64,000 nucleotides of DNA. Source: an uncultured virus (IMG/VR IMGVR_UViG_3300042521_003679). Its lineage: Duplodnaviria > Heunggongvirae > Uroviricota > Caudoviricetes. The notes below the pieces were generated by a model that saw only the letters and a list, made by a program, of their open reading frames with translations, was not told where the DNA came from and did no database searches. A program made the translations under genes and the position numbers. Location of the stretch: the IMG/VR virus record IMGVR_UViG_3300042521_003679, one strand, 5' to 3'. Below are positions 18,801-27,778 of the stretch, piece after piece (position 1 is the first letter of the stretch; each line of letters begins with the position of its first letter).

Positions 18801-19117
18801 TGGACAATGAAGAGCTGATCAGCCTCCTAAAGGAAATGGAAGCTATCAAAGCAAATCAACGCGCATTGTCCGAAAAGGAACAGCAATGCCGCGAAGATAT
18901 TTTTGCTCTCATGCAAGACCTTGGCATTGACCAAGAGAAAAGCAACTATGGCAACATTCGCCTGCAGCGTAGAGCAGAAAAGGACTATGGTGAAGCCATT
19001 AAAATGCTAGAGCGCCAATTGAAAGAAGCCAAAAAACTGGCTGATGACATGGGCGACTATCAAATTAAAGGCTACAAAGAAAGCCTTGTTTACACTCCCC
19101 CAGTTGAGCTGTTTTGA
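18797..19117 (+). CDS. Coiled-coil hypothetical protein
   Basis: Coupled ORF, 106 aa. Confidence 0.7.
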   Translation: MMDNEELISLLKEMEAIKANQRALSEKEQQCREDIFALMQDLGIDQEKSNYGNIRLQRRAEKDYGEAIKMLERQLKEAKKLADDMGDYQIKGYKESLVYTPPVELF

Positions 19118-19460
19118 CCGCACCATTAACCAAAGCGGAAGTCACTGCTCTTATTGATCAAAAGATAAGAGAGCATGAAATTCGCATTGGCGTGATTAGC
19201 GGCCTTGCGGGAGTCTTGTTTATCGCAGGACTCTCTTATTTTCTTTCCATTGTTTACCTTGCTACCATCAGATGAGCGCCCCATTTATTCCTTTACCATT
19301 GCTCTCTGACAGAGAGTGGAAAGAGCTAAATGTGTTGCGCAAAGCCATTAGCGACAGCCCTTCAGCGGTGGTGCCAGAGCAGCAAGAGCGTTTTGCTGCA
19401 TTGTTCGCTAGAAGCTTGCTTGGTAAAGGCGACAAGCCTTTAAAATGATTTTACTGCCCA

Positions 19461-20216
19461 TTGACCATGCCCCTTCCTGAAATTGACTTCCCGGACAAGG
19501 AGCAGCAATTGAAATATGGCGTGAAGGTGCTTCTGGAAGCTGGAATGACGCCTCAGCAAATTGAGCACATTCGCGACAGAGTGGGAGCAGGTCCGGGCAA
19601 GATTCCCTACACCAAAGAACTCACTGGATTGCGCCGGTATATGGTGCAGGAGCTTTTAGCGGCAAGTTTAAGCAACAGGCAAATTGCCGACATCTTGAAG
19701 CTAAGCAAAGAAACTGTTAGCGCCGATCGTCATCACAATCGCAACTTATGGACTGCTGAAATCCTTAAGAGCCAAGACACTTGGCGGGCACGGCTAATCA
19801 AAGAACAAGGCGAACTCAAAGACAAAGCCCTCGAAAGCTTTGAACACAGCAAGCGCAAGAAAGTCACCACTTACAAGGAAGGGCCTGACGGCCCTGGCGA
19901 AACCATTGTGCGTATGGAAGAAAGTGCTGGCGAAAGCGGCTTCCTTGGCATTGCCCGTAGCTGTCTGGAGCAGCAGGCAAAGCTAATTGGCCTGTTTGAT
20001 GTGAAGCCACAAACGGAAGAGAAGAGCGGCTACAAAGCATTCCTTGATAATTTAAGCAAGGAAGTTCGCAAAATAAAAGAAGCTGAAAGCAATAGTGAAG
20101 TTAGAGCCACTGCCATTGATGCTGAGGCTTATTTCGACGAACAAGGAGAGCCCACTGGTCCCAGCAAGCCTTTGCTATTCGCGAATAGCGAACAGGACGA
20201 TGGAGAGGAAAGTTAA
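19461..20216 (+). CDS. HTH protein, probable terminase small subunit
   Basis: LSNRQIADILKLSKETVSADR HTH; LEQQAKLIGL motif. Confidence 0.55.
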   Translation: MTMPLPEIDFPDKEQQLKYGVKVLLEAGMTPQQIEHIRDRVGAGPGKIPYTKELTGLRRYMVQELLAASLSNRQIADILKLSKETVSADRHHNRNLWTAEILKSQDTWRARLIKEQGELKDKALESFEHSKRKKVTTYKEGPDGPGETIVRMEESAGESGFLGIARSCLEQQAKLIGLFDVKPQTEEKSGYKAFLDNLSKEVRKIKEAESNSEVRATAIDAEAYFDEQGEPTGPSKPLLFANSEQDDGEES

Positions 20217-20228
20217 TTATTTCTTAGC

Positions 20229-20258
20229 TTGACAGGCCCTCCCGCGCATCGCTACGCT
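20229..20258 (+). promoter_or_regulatory. Sigma70-type promoter
   Basis: TTGACA-N18-TACGCT. Confidence 0.55.
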
Positions 20259-20276
20259 TGATGGGACTGCTTTGTC

Positions 20277-20753
20277 TTGATGAATTTTTCGTTTGATTCT
20301 GTGGGCAACTTCCTTCGTAAAGCAAAGGAAGCAAAAGCCAGCAAGCGAGCAGCAATTGACGAAGGGCTTTTTCCATTGCTCACCGACCCTTCCACCTTCG
20401 CCATTGCTCCTGACGCTGCTGACCTGCTCGAGAAAAGCCTAGAACGCTATGGGGACGAAGCTCTCAAGGCAATGGCCATTGTGGCCCTTGGCAAGTGGGT
20501 GGAGCTGCATGGCACTTGGCTCGAGCAGCACATGCTCAACGGCGCCATCCAAGAAGCCGTATTGACTGCCTGCGACATGAACAAACTCACGCAAGCCGTC
20601 AGGCTCATGGAGGACGTGGGAAGCTTTGGAGGGGACGACGACTACAGGGCAGCCATGCGTCAGCAAATCAATCAGGCCGTGCTGGAAGGGCTTGAGGAAG
20701 CTGGTAAAGAGCCTTCTGACATCTTCGACCCTTACACCGACCCGTTGCTTTGA
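20277..20753 (+). CDS. Hypothetical protein
   Basis: 158-aa ORF. Confidence 0.75.
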   Translation: MMNFSFDSVGNFLRKAKEAKASKRAAIDEGLFPLLTDPSTFAIAPDAADLLEKSLERYGDEALKAMAIVALGKWVELHGTWLEQHMLNGAIQEAVLTACDMNKLTQAVRLMEDVGSFGGDDDYRAAMRQQINQAVLEGLEEAGKEPSDIFDPYTDPLL

Positions 20754-21118
20754 TCATGGACTCCCTCCCGCCCATGGTCACCATTTGCATTCCGCCAGTG
20801 CTGCGGAAGGAAGCAGAAGATTTAGTGGCCGAAAACCCTCCCGTGCATCCTGCCTGGCAGAAAGTGGCGCAGCGTGGCCGTCATTATTCTCTTCGCACAT
20901 CCTCCATTGAAGACCTTGAAGAACTAGCCGACTGGGCCTATAGCTGGTTAATGGAGCCTGGTATGCCCTTGGACAAGACCAAGCGACAAGCTTTTCAAAG
21001 CATCATCGCCAGAGCAGGCCGTCACGTTTTTCTGAAGCCCATTGGCAAGGGGCATTTCCTTGCAACTGGCTGGAAGCCGCCAAAGACTATAAGCAAGACT
21101 AATAACTCTGCCCCTTGA
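20750..21118 (+). CDS. Hypothetical protein
   Basis: Coupled ORF. Confidence 0.7.
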   Translation: MIMDSLPPMVTICIPPVLRKEAEDLVAENPPVHPAWQKVAQRGRHYSLRTSSIEDLEELADWAYSWLMEPGMPLDKTKRQAFQSIIARAGRHVFLKPIGKGHFLATGWKPPKTISKTNNSAP

Positions 21119-21169
21119 CTCTGCCCCACTCTGCCCTTGATGATGGGCAAGTTCCTTCTCATTCCCTCC

Positions 21170-21511
21170 ATGTCTTCCCGCATTAAAACCGAATCGTCTG
21201 GCGAAACCACTGCCTTCACTACTGACGGCAAGCTCGTCATGAACTTTGGCAACCCTCACGTTGCATGGGGATTCTCCGTGAAAAGCCTTGAAGAATGGCT
21301 CATCACGCTTGAAGAGGCCATGTCAGTGATGCCTGTTTGCCATAGTCGCTCCATTGAAACGCTTTATTTTTCCCTCAAGGCAGCACACAAGCGCCACCTG
21401 CAGGAGCATGAAGCAGTGATCAGCGAAGCCCCTACTGACGACGACCTCATGGCTTATCTCACTTCTTATGCTGCCGCAATGACTTGGGAAGCAATGGAAG
21501 GGAGGAAATGA
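21170..21511 (+). CDS. Hypothetical protein
   Basis: ATG after pyrimidine-rich leader. Confidence 0.7.
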   Translation: MSSRIKTESSGETTAFTTDGKLVMNFGNPHVAWGFSVKSLEEWLITLEEAMSVMPVCHSRSIETLYFSLKAAHKRHLQEHEAVISEAPTDDDLMAYLTSYAAAMTWEAMEGRK

Positions 21512-21684
21512 TTTCCCTGCCTGTTTGCATGCCCTGGGAGGTGACAATCAAGAACGATGGCAATGTGAATATATTGTCCATCCTCGCTCCCACTAGGGAA
21601 AAAGCTCGCATCATTGCAGAAGAGCTTTACCCTCATAGTCACTACGACATCCAGCTTCAGCCCGACTGGGACGACGCATCGTGA
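21508..21684 (+). CDS. Small hypothetical protein
   Basis: ATGA overlap. Confidence 0.55.
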   Translation: MISLPVCMPWEVTIKNDGNVNILSILAPTREKARIIAEELYPHSHYDIQLQPDWDDAS

Positions 21685-22180
21685 TCACTGGCTCCTTCGG
21701 GAGCCTTTTTCTTTGCCCATGAATGATCACCAGGAATGGGCTCTGTGGCATAAGCCCAATCATCATATTCTGGATCATTCCTCAGCCATCGTGCCAAACG
21801 CTCACGCTCGCGTTCTTGTTCAGTCATTAGAAACTGGACAGCTTTCTATTGCGAGTCTAGCTGGCTTCCTATAGGCAAAAAAGAAGGGCCTTGCGGCCCT
21901 TCTTCCTTTGCTTGAGCTTCCGATGCCACAGCCTCCCTCCCAAAGGGGAGCACTCCTCTCACTAGCCCATGCAATGCTAGGGACAGTCCTCGCGGAAAGT
22001 CCAGAGTGCTCAGCAGCGTCCACCCTTGCGGCGTCAGCGACGGGCCTTTCGGCCAGGACCAACTCAAGCTTGCAAATCATAGCACCACTACCAGCCACGG
22101 CAGCAAGCCTCACAATTGTGATACGGTAAACCTTGGTAGGGGCGACCCTCCGTAGTCTCACTTCTTCTTTTTCTTTCCTG

Positions 22181-22537
22181 ATGCTTTTTCGTTTTCTTCT
22201 TTCAGTTTCCGTTGCCTTAGGCGCTCTGGTGCCTGCTGCTGCGGAGGCTAAGTCTCGCTGCGGCGAAGCCAGCTTCTACGGGCACGGTGACGGCTTTGCA
22301 GGCCAGACAATGGCCAATGGTCAGCCAATGAACCCGCGAGCCATGATCACTGCCCACCCATCGCTTCCGCTCGGCACCCGCTTGAGAGTGGTGCGCAATG
22401 GTCGGAGCGTAATCGTCAAGGTGACTGATAGAGGCCCTTGGTACGGTGGTAGGATTCTCGACCTGAGCTATGGCGCTTTTGCTCGCATCGCTCACCCTGG
22501 TAGCGGCCTGGCAACGGTCTGTTATCAGGTGGTGTAG
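22181..22537 (+). CDS. RlpA-like lytic transglycosylase (DPBB) with signal peptide
   Basis: GEASFYG...TMANG...TAHPSLPLGT...VTDRGP...ILDLSYGAF. Confidence 0.9.
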   Translation: MLFRFLLSVSVALGALVPAAAEAKSRCGEASFYGHGDGFAGQTMANGQPMNPRAMITAHPSLPLGTRLRVVRNGRSVIVKVTDRGPWYGGRILDLSYGAFARIAHPGSGLATVCYQVV

Positions 22538-22692
22538 GCACCAAGGTGGCCTAAGGGACAATGGAGGAAACCAAGGGCGCTTCGCATGGGGCGCCTTTTT
22601 CTTTGGGCCTAGCCAGCTTTGTAACGAAAAGCAACTGAGCTCTTGCGAGATCCGGCTGGCTCGTTATCGTGCGCAGGCATCGCCTCTTAACC

Positions 22693-22857
22693 ATGCAAAG
22701 CATCATGCTGCCGCTGCTCACGCTCGCAAGCCTGCTGGCCTTAGCCACGCTACCCGTGCAGCAGCAAGACGACCTCACCGCCCTCCGCAAGTGCATGGCA
22801 CTCCACCCCGAACGCTACTGCAGGCTCACGCATGCCCCTAGTACAGTTGCACCATAA
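22693..22857 (+). CDS. Small secreted-type peptide
   Basis: Hydrophobic N-terminus; CMALHPERYC. Confidence 0.55.
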   Translation: MQSIMLPLLTLASLLALATLPVQQQDDLTALRKCMALHPERYCRLTHAPSTVAP

Positions 22858-22950
22858 GCAACGCTAATAGGTAAAGGGCTTCCCAAAAGGCTCTCGATGG
22901 GCAATCATAGTTTCAACGGGGCGCGAGCCTCACCATTCATCTTCCCTCCC

Positions 22951-23229
22951 ATGGACAAAACCGCTTCCGTTAAAGCTTTTATCCGCGATGCAGGCGCAGC
23001 AATCGTCTCCGTGCAGTTCGTTAAGGCTGATGGCACCCTGCGCAAACTGCAGTTCAATCCTCTCGACTCCTGCGAAATCAAGGGTACTGGCCATGCCCTC
23101 AAGAAGCCCGGCATCGTTCGCTGCCGCGACTTCACCATTGCCCGCAACAAAGGCCAAGGCGCTTGGCGCTCGTTTGATTGCGAGCGTGTGGTGAGCATCA
23201 AAAGCAATGGCAAAGAGCTGGTGTTCTGA
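22951..23229 (+). CDS. SH3/Sm-fold (WYL_2/DUF2693-like) protein
   Basis: VSVQFVKADGTLR...AWRSF. Confidence 0.7.
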   Translation: MDKTASVKAFIRDAGAAIVSVQFVKADGTLRKLQFNPLDSCEIKGTGHALKKPGIVRCRDFTIARNKGQGAWRSFDCERVVSIKSNGKELVF

Positions 23230-23231
23230 CC

Positions 23232-23414
23232 ATGGCAGTTCTTGAGCGCGACAACTGCTGGAGCCTGTGGGCCTTGACTGACGGCCGTTGGAACATTCTT
23301 GATTCCGGCGCCGATCGTAATGCCCTCGAGCGCCAAGCCCGAAGCCTGCAGGCCGTGTTTGCCACCAAGACCTTCATGGTGGTGCAGGGCACACAGAGCC
23401 CAGGGCGTTTGTAA
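23232..23414 (+). CDS. Hypothetical early protein
   Basis: ATG 3 nt after previous stop. Confidence 0.6.
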   Translation: MAVLERDNCWSLWALTDGRWNILDSGADRNALERQARSLQAVFATKTFMVVQGTQSPGRL

Positions 23415-23499
23415 ACAATTGTTGCGGAGGGGCTGACCAGGCCCCTCCTGCCTGTACATTACTTGCAACGGGCCGCGAGGTCCACCATTCCTCAGAATC

Positions 23500-23718
23500 A
23501 TGAAGCATTATCCCTCTTACGAGGCTCGCCTAGAAGCCGACCGGCAAGCCCAGCATTCTGGCTATGGCATCAGGAAGTTCCATTGCGCTGACGGCACCAT
23601 CAAATGGGAAGCCTATGGCTGGGAGCGCCTGACCGAGCTTTCTACGCACGACACCTCCTACGGCTTGTTCGACCACAAGTGGGAAGCTGAATACTATTTC
23701 AACTCCATCGTTCATTGA
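23500..23718 (+). CDS. Hypothetical early protein
   Basis: Follows promoter module. Confidence 0.7.
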   Translation: MKHYPSYEARLEADRQAQHSGYGIRKFHCADGTIKWEAYGWERLTELSTHDTSYGLFDHKWEAEYYFNSIVH

Positions 23719-23720
23719 TC

Positions 23721-24011
23721 ATGAAATATATTTCTCGCGAAGAACTCTTGGCCGTAGGCGCTTCACCCTCTTGGGCCGATGCCACTGTTTTCACTGGCAA
23801 GCTTTATGATCAAGCCTTTTCTCAAAGCTGCCGCAATGGCAGCAGCGCTGGCGGCTTTGCCTCTGGGGAGTTCAATGGAAAGGAAGTAAGCTGCTGGATT
23901 GTTCCTCGGTGCATGGGCGGCGGTCGCTGGAGCAGCACCACGCTCTGGAAGGTCAATGGCAAGCGAGTGGCACAGAAGAAGCTGGTCGATGCCGTTTGTG
24001 AAGCTTTGTGA
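23721..24011 (+). CDS. Hypothetical early protein
   Basis: Co-directional ORF. Confidence 0.65.
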   Translation: MKYISREELLAVGASPSWADATVFTGKLYDQAFSQSCRNGSSAGGFASGEFNGKEVSCWIVPRCMGGGRWSSTTLWKVNGKRVAQKKLVDAVCEAL

Positions 24012-24083
24012 CAAGCAGGGGCTTCGGCCCCTCTCGCCTGTATTGTTCCTTTGTCCGGCGGCGACGCCCTTTCCTCTTCTCCC

Positions 24084-24344
24084 ATGGCAACCATTCCTAC
24101 TGTCCATCTCAACGGCACTGGCTTCACTGAGCTGCGCGACGGTTACGCCGCTGCTTACGACGCCATTGACAAGGCCATTGACGCCTTGGCGAAGGCGGAA
24201 CTTAACGGAAGGGATTTTTATCCGCAGGCCCCTGGCGCCTACTACCAGGCTCGTGCTGAACGCGACGATGCCTTTGACCAGCTTCGCGCTGTTCAGTCTT
24301 ATGTGGGCGAGATGCTCGCTGGCATTTGTGATCAGCGGCGCTGA
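24084..24344 (+). CDS. Hypothetical early protein
   Basis: PTVHLNGT...NGRDFYPQ motif; follows promoter module. Confidence 0.75.
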   Translation: MATIPTVHLNGTGFTELRDGYAAAYDAIDKAIDALAKAELNGRDFYPQAPGAYYQARAERDDAFDQLRAVQSYVGEMLAGICDQRR

Positions 24345-24436
24345 TTGTGACGATAAGCAACAGTGATCGTTCAGGGGCTGGCAACAGCCCCTTTTTGTCG
24401 TATTGTTCTCTCAGTCGGGCAGCGATGCCTCCTCTC

Positions 24437-24964
24437 ATGACCATCACCCTTGATTCCTTCCCCTCTGTTGATCGCTACGGCTTTCCCTTGCAAGTGTGCG
24501 GACGTTGCGGCGGCTCTGGCGAGCACAGCTACAACCAGCTCCATGGCAGCGTTTGCTACGGCTGTGATGGCCACGGCGTGCGCCACACCAAGAAGGCCCA
24601 CAAGGAATTTCAAGATTGGGCTTATGCCCTTAAGCGCCAGCGTGAAGCCATTGGCCATTCTTTGCAAGTGGGTGATGAACTGGCCATCCTTGAGGCTATA
24701 GGAGTGATGAGTACCAAAGTGGTTGGCTGGCATTCCATTGCTTCTATTGAAATCACCGACCAAGAATGTGGCTGGAGCATCACTCGCGCTCCTGATGGCA
24801 CCGAACTGCGCACTCCCACTTGCTGGACCATCATCATCACCTTTGACGATGGTGAGCGGGTGGAGGCCTCCACTAACAGCGTCTTCCGTAGGAAGGGCTG
24901 GGTGGATCCAGCTCCCTATGTAGAGCGCAGCCAAGTGAAGCGTCGCATCAAATCTAAAGTGTGA
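24437..24964 (+). CDS. Protein with DnaJ-type CxxCxGxG zinc finger
   Basis: CGRCGGSG...CYGCDGHG. Confidence 0.75.
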   Translation: MTITLDSFPSVDRYGFPLQVCGRCGGSGEHSYNQLHGSVCYGCDGHGVRHTKKAHKEFQDWAYALKRQREAIGHSLQVGDELAILEAIGVMSTKVVGWHSIASIEITDQECGWSITRAPDGTELRTPTCWTIIITFDDGERVEASTNSVFRRKGWVDPAPYVERSQVKRRIKSKV

Positions 24965-25054
24965 AGCATTGTTACAGGCCCCTTTCCCAGAGGCCTCTCT
25001 TGCTCTATTGTTCTTTCAACGAGCCGAGAGGCTCACTACCACGTTCTCAAGATC

Positions 25055-25231
25055 ATGCAAACCGTCGCTCTCTTCCGGCTCTTTGAACAAACCCCCGATG
25101 GGGCCATTCGCCAGTGTGGCTTCACTGGCCCAGACCATGAAGAAGCCCTGCTCTGGCAAAAGGAAATGCAGCAGTGTTTCCCGGCCAATCGCCACTGGAT
25201 ACGACCAGTGTTCAATCATGCAGGTGCCTAA
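25055..25231 (+). CDS. Small early protein (58 aa), not in ORF track
   Basis: ATG directly after promoter module. Confidence 0.6.
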   Translation: MQTVALFRLFEQTPDGAIRQCGFTGPDHEEALLWQKEMQQCFPANRHWIRPVFNHAGA

Positions 25232-25379
25232 TCACCAGCACAACAGCGGCAAGCCTCCCAAGCGGAGGCTTAAGCCGCAAGCCCTCAGGGCCGCTAAAGC
25301 CCGCAGACAAGCCCTTCTCAACCAGCTCCATCATGCAAGACGCAATCAACATCCTGGCCATCAGCAACAGAGGCCGTAG
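25218..25379 (+). CDS. Small basic protein
   Basis: MQVPNHQHNSGKPPKRRLKPQALRAAKARR. Confidence 0.6.
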   Translation: MQVPNHQHNSGKPPKRRLKPQALRAAKARRQALLNQLHHARRNQHPGHQQQRP

Positions 25380-25521
25380 CCGCATTGGCACCACCATCAC
25401 CACTGCCATTGTCGAACAAAATCATCACGACAAGCTTTTCATCGTGCTGCCGCAGTTTAATCAATGTCGATGGATAAAGAAAACAAACGATCCTGATTTT
25501 CGCATTATCGGAGAAGACTAA
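25333..25521 (+). CDS. Hypothetical protein
   Basis: MQDAINILAISNRGRSRIG...RWIKKTNDPDFRI. Confidence 0.6.
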   Translation: MQDAINILAISNRGRSRIGTTITTAIVEQNHHDKLFIVLPQFNQCRWIKKTNDPDFRIIGED

Positions 25522-25694
25522 TGATTCGTTCAGTGTTTTATTTTGCTTCTGAAGATGGCTACGAAGATTATGCCCTCACCATTGAAGAGCGTGATCAGCT
25601 AAAGACCATCTACGAAGCTGCTGGCACCTCGTTCATCATCAAGGAACTGCCAAGCGACGAAGAAGACGACGAGCCCCTTTACGAACCTTTCTAA
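25521..25694 (+). CDS. Small acidic protein (57 aa)
   Basis: TAATG coupling. Confidence 0.55.
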   Translation: MIRSVFYFASEDGYEDYALTIEERDQLKTIYEAAGTSFIIKELPSDEEDDEPLYEPF

Positions 25695-25697
25695 ACC

Positions 25698-26024
25698 ATG
25701 AAAACCACTATGCGCCCCAAGGCAAGAGCGACCGTCCGCACCTTTCAAGACAACAGCCCCTACTTTCCTGCAACGAAGGGCTGCTACCAAGCAACGAGCC
25801 TTAAAGAGCTTCTGTTCCACACCAGACTGGCTATGGAAGACCGGGAAGATACCATTGCCATCTTTGATGCAGAAGGCTCTTGCAAGGGCCTCTGGAAGCT
25901 TTCCACAGAAGGGCATGTGGACAGCGCTGGTGATAGCATTGTCGACCACGAAGGCTACGAGCTGATGCGCCCTGATACGAAGGAGCAATGGATGTGGAAC
26001 AAGCTTGTGGAGGAAGTTAAATAA
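25698..26024 (+). CDS. Hypothetical protein
   Basis: 108-aa ORF. Confidence 0.7.
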   Translation: MKTTMRPKARATVRTFQDNSPYFPATKGCYQATSLKELLFHTRLAMEDREDTIAIFDAEGSCKGLWKLSTEGHVDSAGDSIVDHEGYELMRPDTKEQWMWNKLVEEVK

Positions 26025-26437
26025 TGGGCACTAACTATTTCTTGCATGCTCCTGCTTGCGAGCATTGCGGCAAAGAGCCGGAAGAGCCCCTGCACCTTGG
26101 CAAAAGCTCGGCAGGATGGTGCTTTGGCTTGCACGTGTACCCCGAAAAAGATTTACACAATTGGGGCGATATATGGAGCCATATTCATTACAGGGTGGAA
26201 GAAAAAGATTATGAAATCAGAAACGAGTATGGAGATTCCATTGATCCTGCTCTTTTCTTTTCCATTGTTTGGGATAGAAAAGGACGGTCAGAAAAGCTTT
26301 TCGACAAGAAATGGTTAGCAGCCAATCACGCTACGATTGGCCCTTGTGGGCTTGCCAGGCATGCCTTGTATCCTGGCCATTGCATTGGCCATGGTGGCGA
26401 CGGCCCTTTTGACTACATTATTGGAGAATTCTCGTGA
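26024..26437 (+). CDS. Conserved phage hypothetical protein
   Basis: MGTNY...LHLGKSSAGW.F...IRNEYG...EFS. Confidence 0.75.
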   Translation: MGTNYFLHAPACEHCGKEPEEPLHLGKSSAGWCFGLHVYPEKDLHNWGDIWSHIHYRVEEKDYEIRNEYGDSIDPALFFSIVWDRKGRSEKLFDKKWLAANHATIGPCGLARHALYPGHCIGHGGDGPFDYIIGEFS

Positions 26438-26756
26438 TACTGGTTGATTATTTCTCTGAAGCCTGCTGCAAGGGCACTGAACTCGTGGAAGGCTGGTATT
26501 GGTATGAAGACGATGGGGAAGAAGTGGGAGGGCCGTATGAAGATCAAGAACAGGCGATTGAAGCGGCAAACAATGGGAAAGGCTGGTGAGAACTGGCCAG
26601 TGTTGTAATTACTAAAAAAAAATGGAACTCGCCAGCTCGGTATAGTAAATTGTGGGCAAATGTCCCGGCCAAGGTTGTATTTAGGGTCCGGCTGCGAGTG
26701 TAACTGAGGTCCGGCTAGTGCTGTGTAACGCGCGCGGGCCCGGCTGCGCGCCTATA

Positions 26757-26875
26757 CGCGCGCACGCGCACCCACGCGCGCACGCGCGCCCACGCGCGCA
26801 CGCGCACCCACGCGCGCACGCGCGCCCACGCGCGCACGCGCACCCACGCGCGCACGCGCGCGCACGCGCGCACGC
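26757..26875. repeat. 18-bp tandem repeat CGCGCGCACGCGC(A/G)CCCA, about 6.5 copies
   Basis: A and G variants alternate (36-bp super-unit); no T on top strand 26756-26875. Confidence 0.95.
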
Positions 26876-26888
26876 TGAGCTGTGACGG

Positions 26889-27023
26889 GCTTGTGGGCGT
26901 CGTTGGGCGTCGTTGGGCGTCGTTGGTGCTTGTGGGGGCTTGTGGGGGCTTGTGGGGGCTTGTGGGGGCTTGTGGGCGTCGTTGCGTGCCGTTTCTGCGC
27001 GTTGGGCGTCGTTGCGTGTCGTT
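26889..27023. repeat. 10-bp tandem repeats CGTTGGGCGT and TGTGGGGGCT x4
   Basis: Four G5 runs at 26931-26970; no A on top strand 26886-27023. Confidence 0.95.
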
Positions 27024-27310
27024 AATGCGCGGTGCGTGCGTTTCGTTTGGCATGGGTCAGTGTGACGGAATGTTGCAGGTATCGAGCGCTTCGCCTTTCT
27101 CCTGGTAAAGGCTCGCGCTCCTTTCGCTGACTGATCAGCCTGGCTTATGGCAATCGAGGCATTCCTGGGATGCATGGCCTTTCTCCTTATCTGATCAGCG
27201 TAGCTTCTCGAAAGGAGGCGAAAGGCGCTCCTCTTATGAGCGCTCCTGATCGCTCCTTCTCGAAAGGCGCTCGAGGCCTTTATATGGGGAGGTCTTCGCC
27301 TTTCTCTCTC

Positions 27311-27745
27311 ATGGCCTCTCCTCTCCTCCCGGGCGAGAAGCGCGCTCCTCGCGCGCCTCGCCTTTCGCCTTCGCCCGTTCTCCCGGGTGAGCTCTCATGG
27401 CCAGTGCTCTCCTTCTCCTCGCTTGAGGAGGCGGAGGCCTTCGCGCTCATGCTCGAGAAGAACCTCGCGCTCCTCGAGGAGCGCTCCTCGCCTTTCTCCT
27501 TGCGCGCCGATGCGGAGGAGCTCGAGCTCGAAGCCGCCTCCTTTCTCTCAGCTCTCGAGCGTGAGCCTCGCCTGTGCTTAAGCGCGAAGGATCTGCAGAT
27601 GGGAGCCTTGCAATTGCGCGAGCGCGCAGCAGAGCTCCGCACAATCGCCGACAGGCGAGAGGCTCTGCAGGCTCAGCTCGAGGAGAGCCTCGAGGAGCTC
27701 GAAGCGCTCATGGCTGATCTGCGCTGGCCTCTCCTCGCTCGCTGA
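27311..27745 (+). CDS. Coiled-coil hypothetical protein in AC/GT-depleted island
   Basis: ATG after CT-rich leader; L/E/A/R/S-rich. Confidence 0.7.
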   Translation: MASPLLPGEKRAPRAPRLSPSPVLPGELSWPVLSFSSLEEAEAFALMLEKNLALLEERSSPFSLRADAEELELEAASFLSALEREPRLCLSAKDLQMGALQLRERAAELRTIADRREALQAQLEESLEELEALMADLRWPLLAR

Positions 27746-27778
27746 GCTCCTTCTCCTTCTCCTTTCTCCTTCTCTCCC

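Larger units (their letters stand above)
22620..27077 (+). promoter_or_regulatory. Dispersed 17-bp operator-like repeat TGTRA-N6-G-YNRC(A), six copies
   Basis: Starts at 22620, 23410, 23997, 24346, 24960, 27061; each upstream of a gene. Confidence 0.65.

Noticed and set aside
26757..27023. CRISPR array
   Set aside because: Repeats are directly tandem with no unique spacers; no cas operon
26681..27175. ORFs with ARAC/RVRAW/PQAPTS repeats
   Set aside because: Translations of tandem repeats lacking stops because one base is missing per strand; open in several frames
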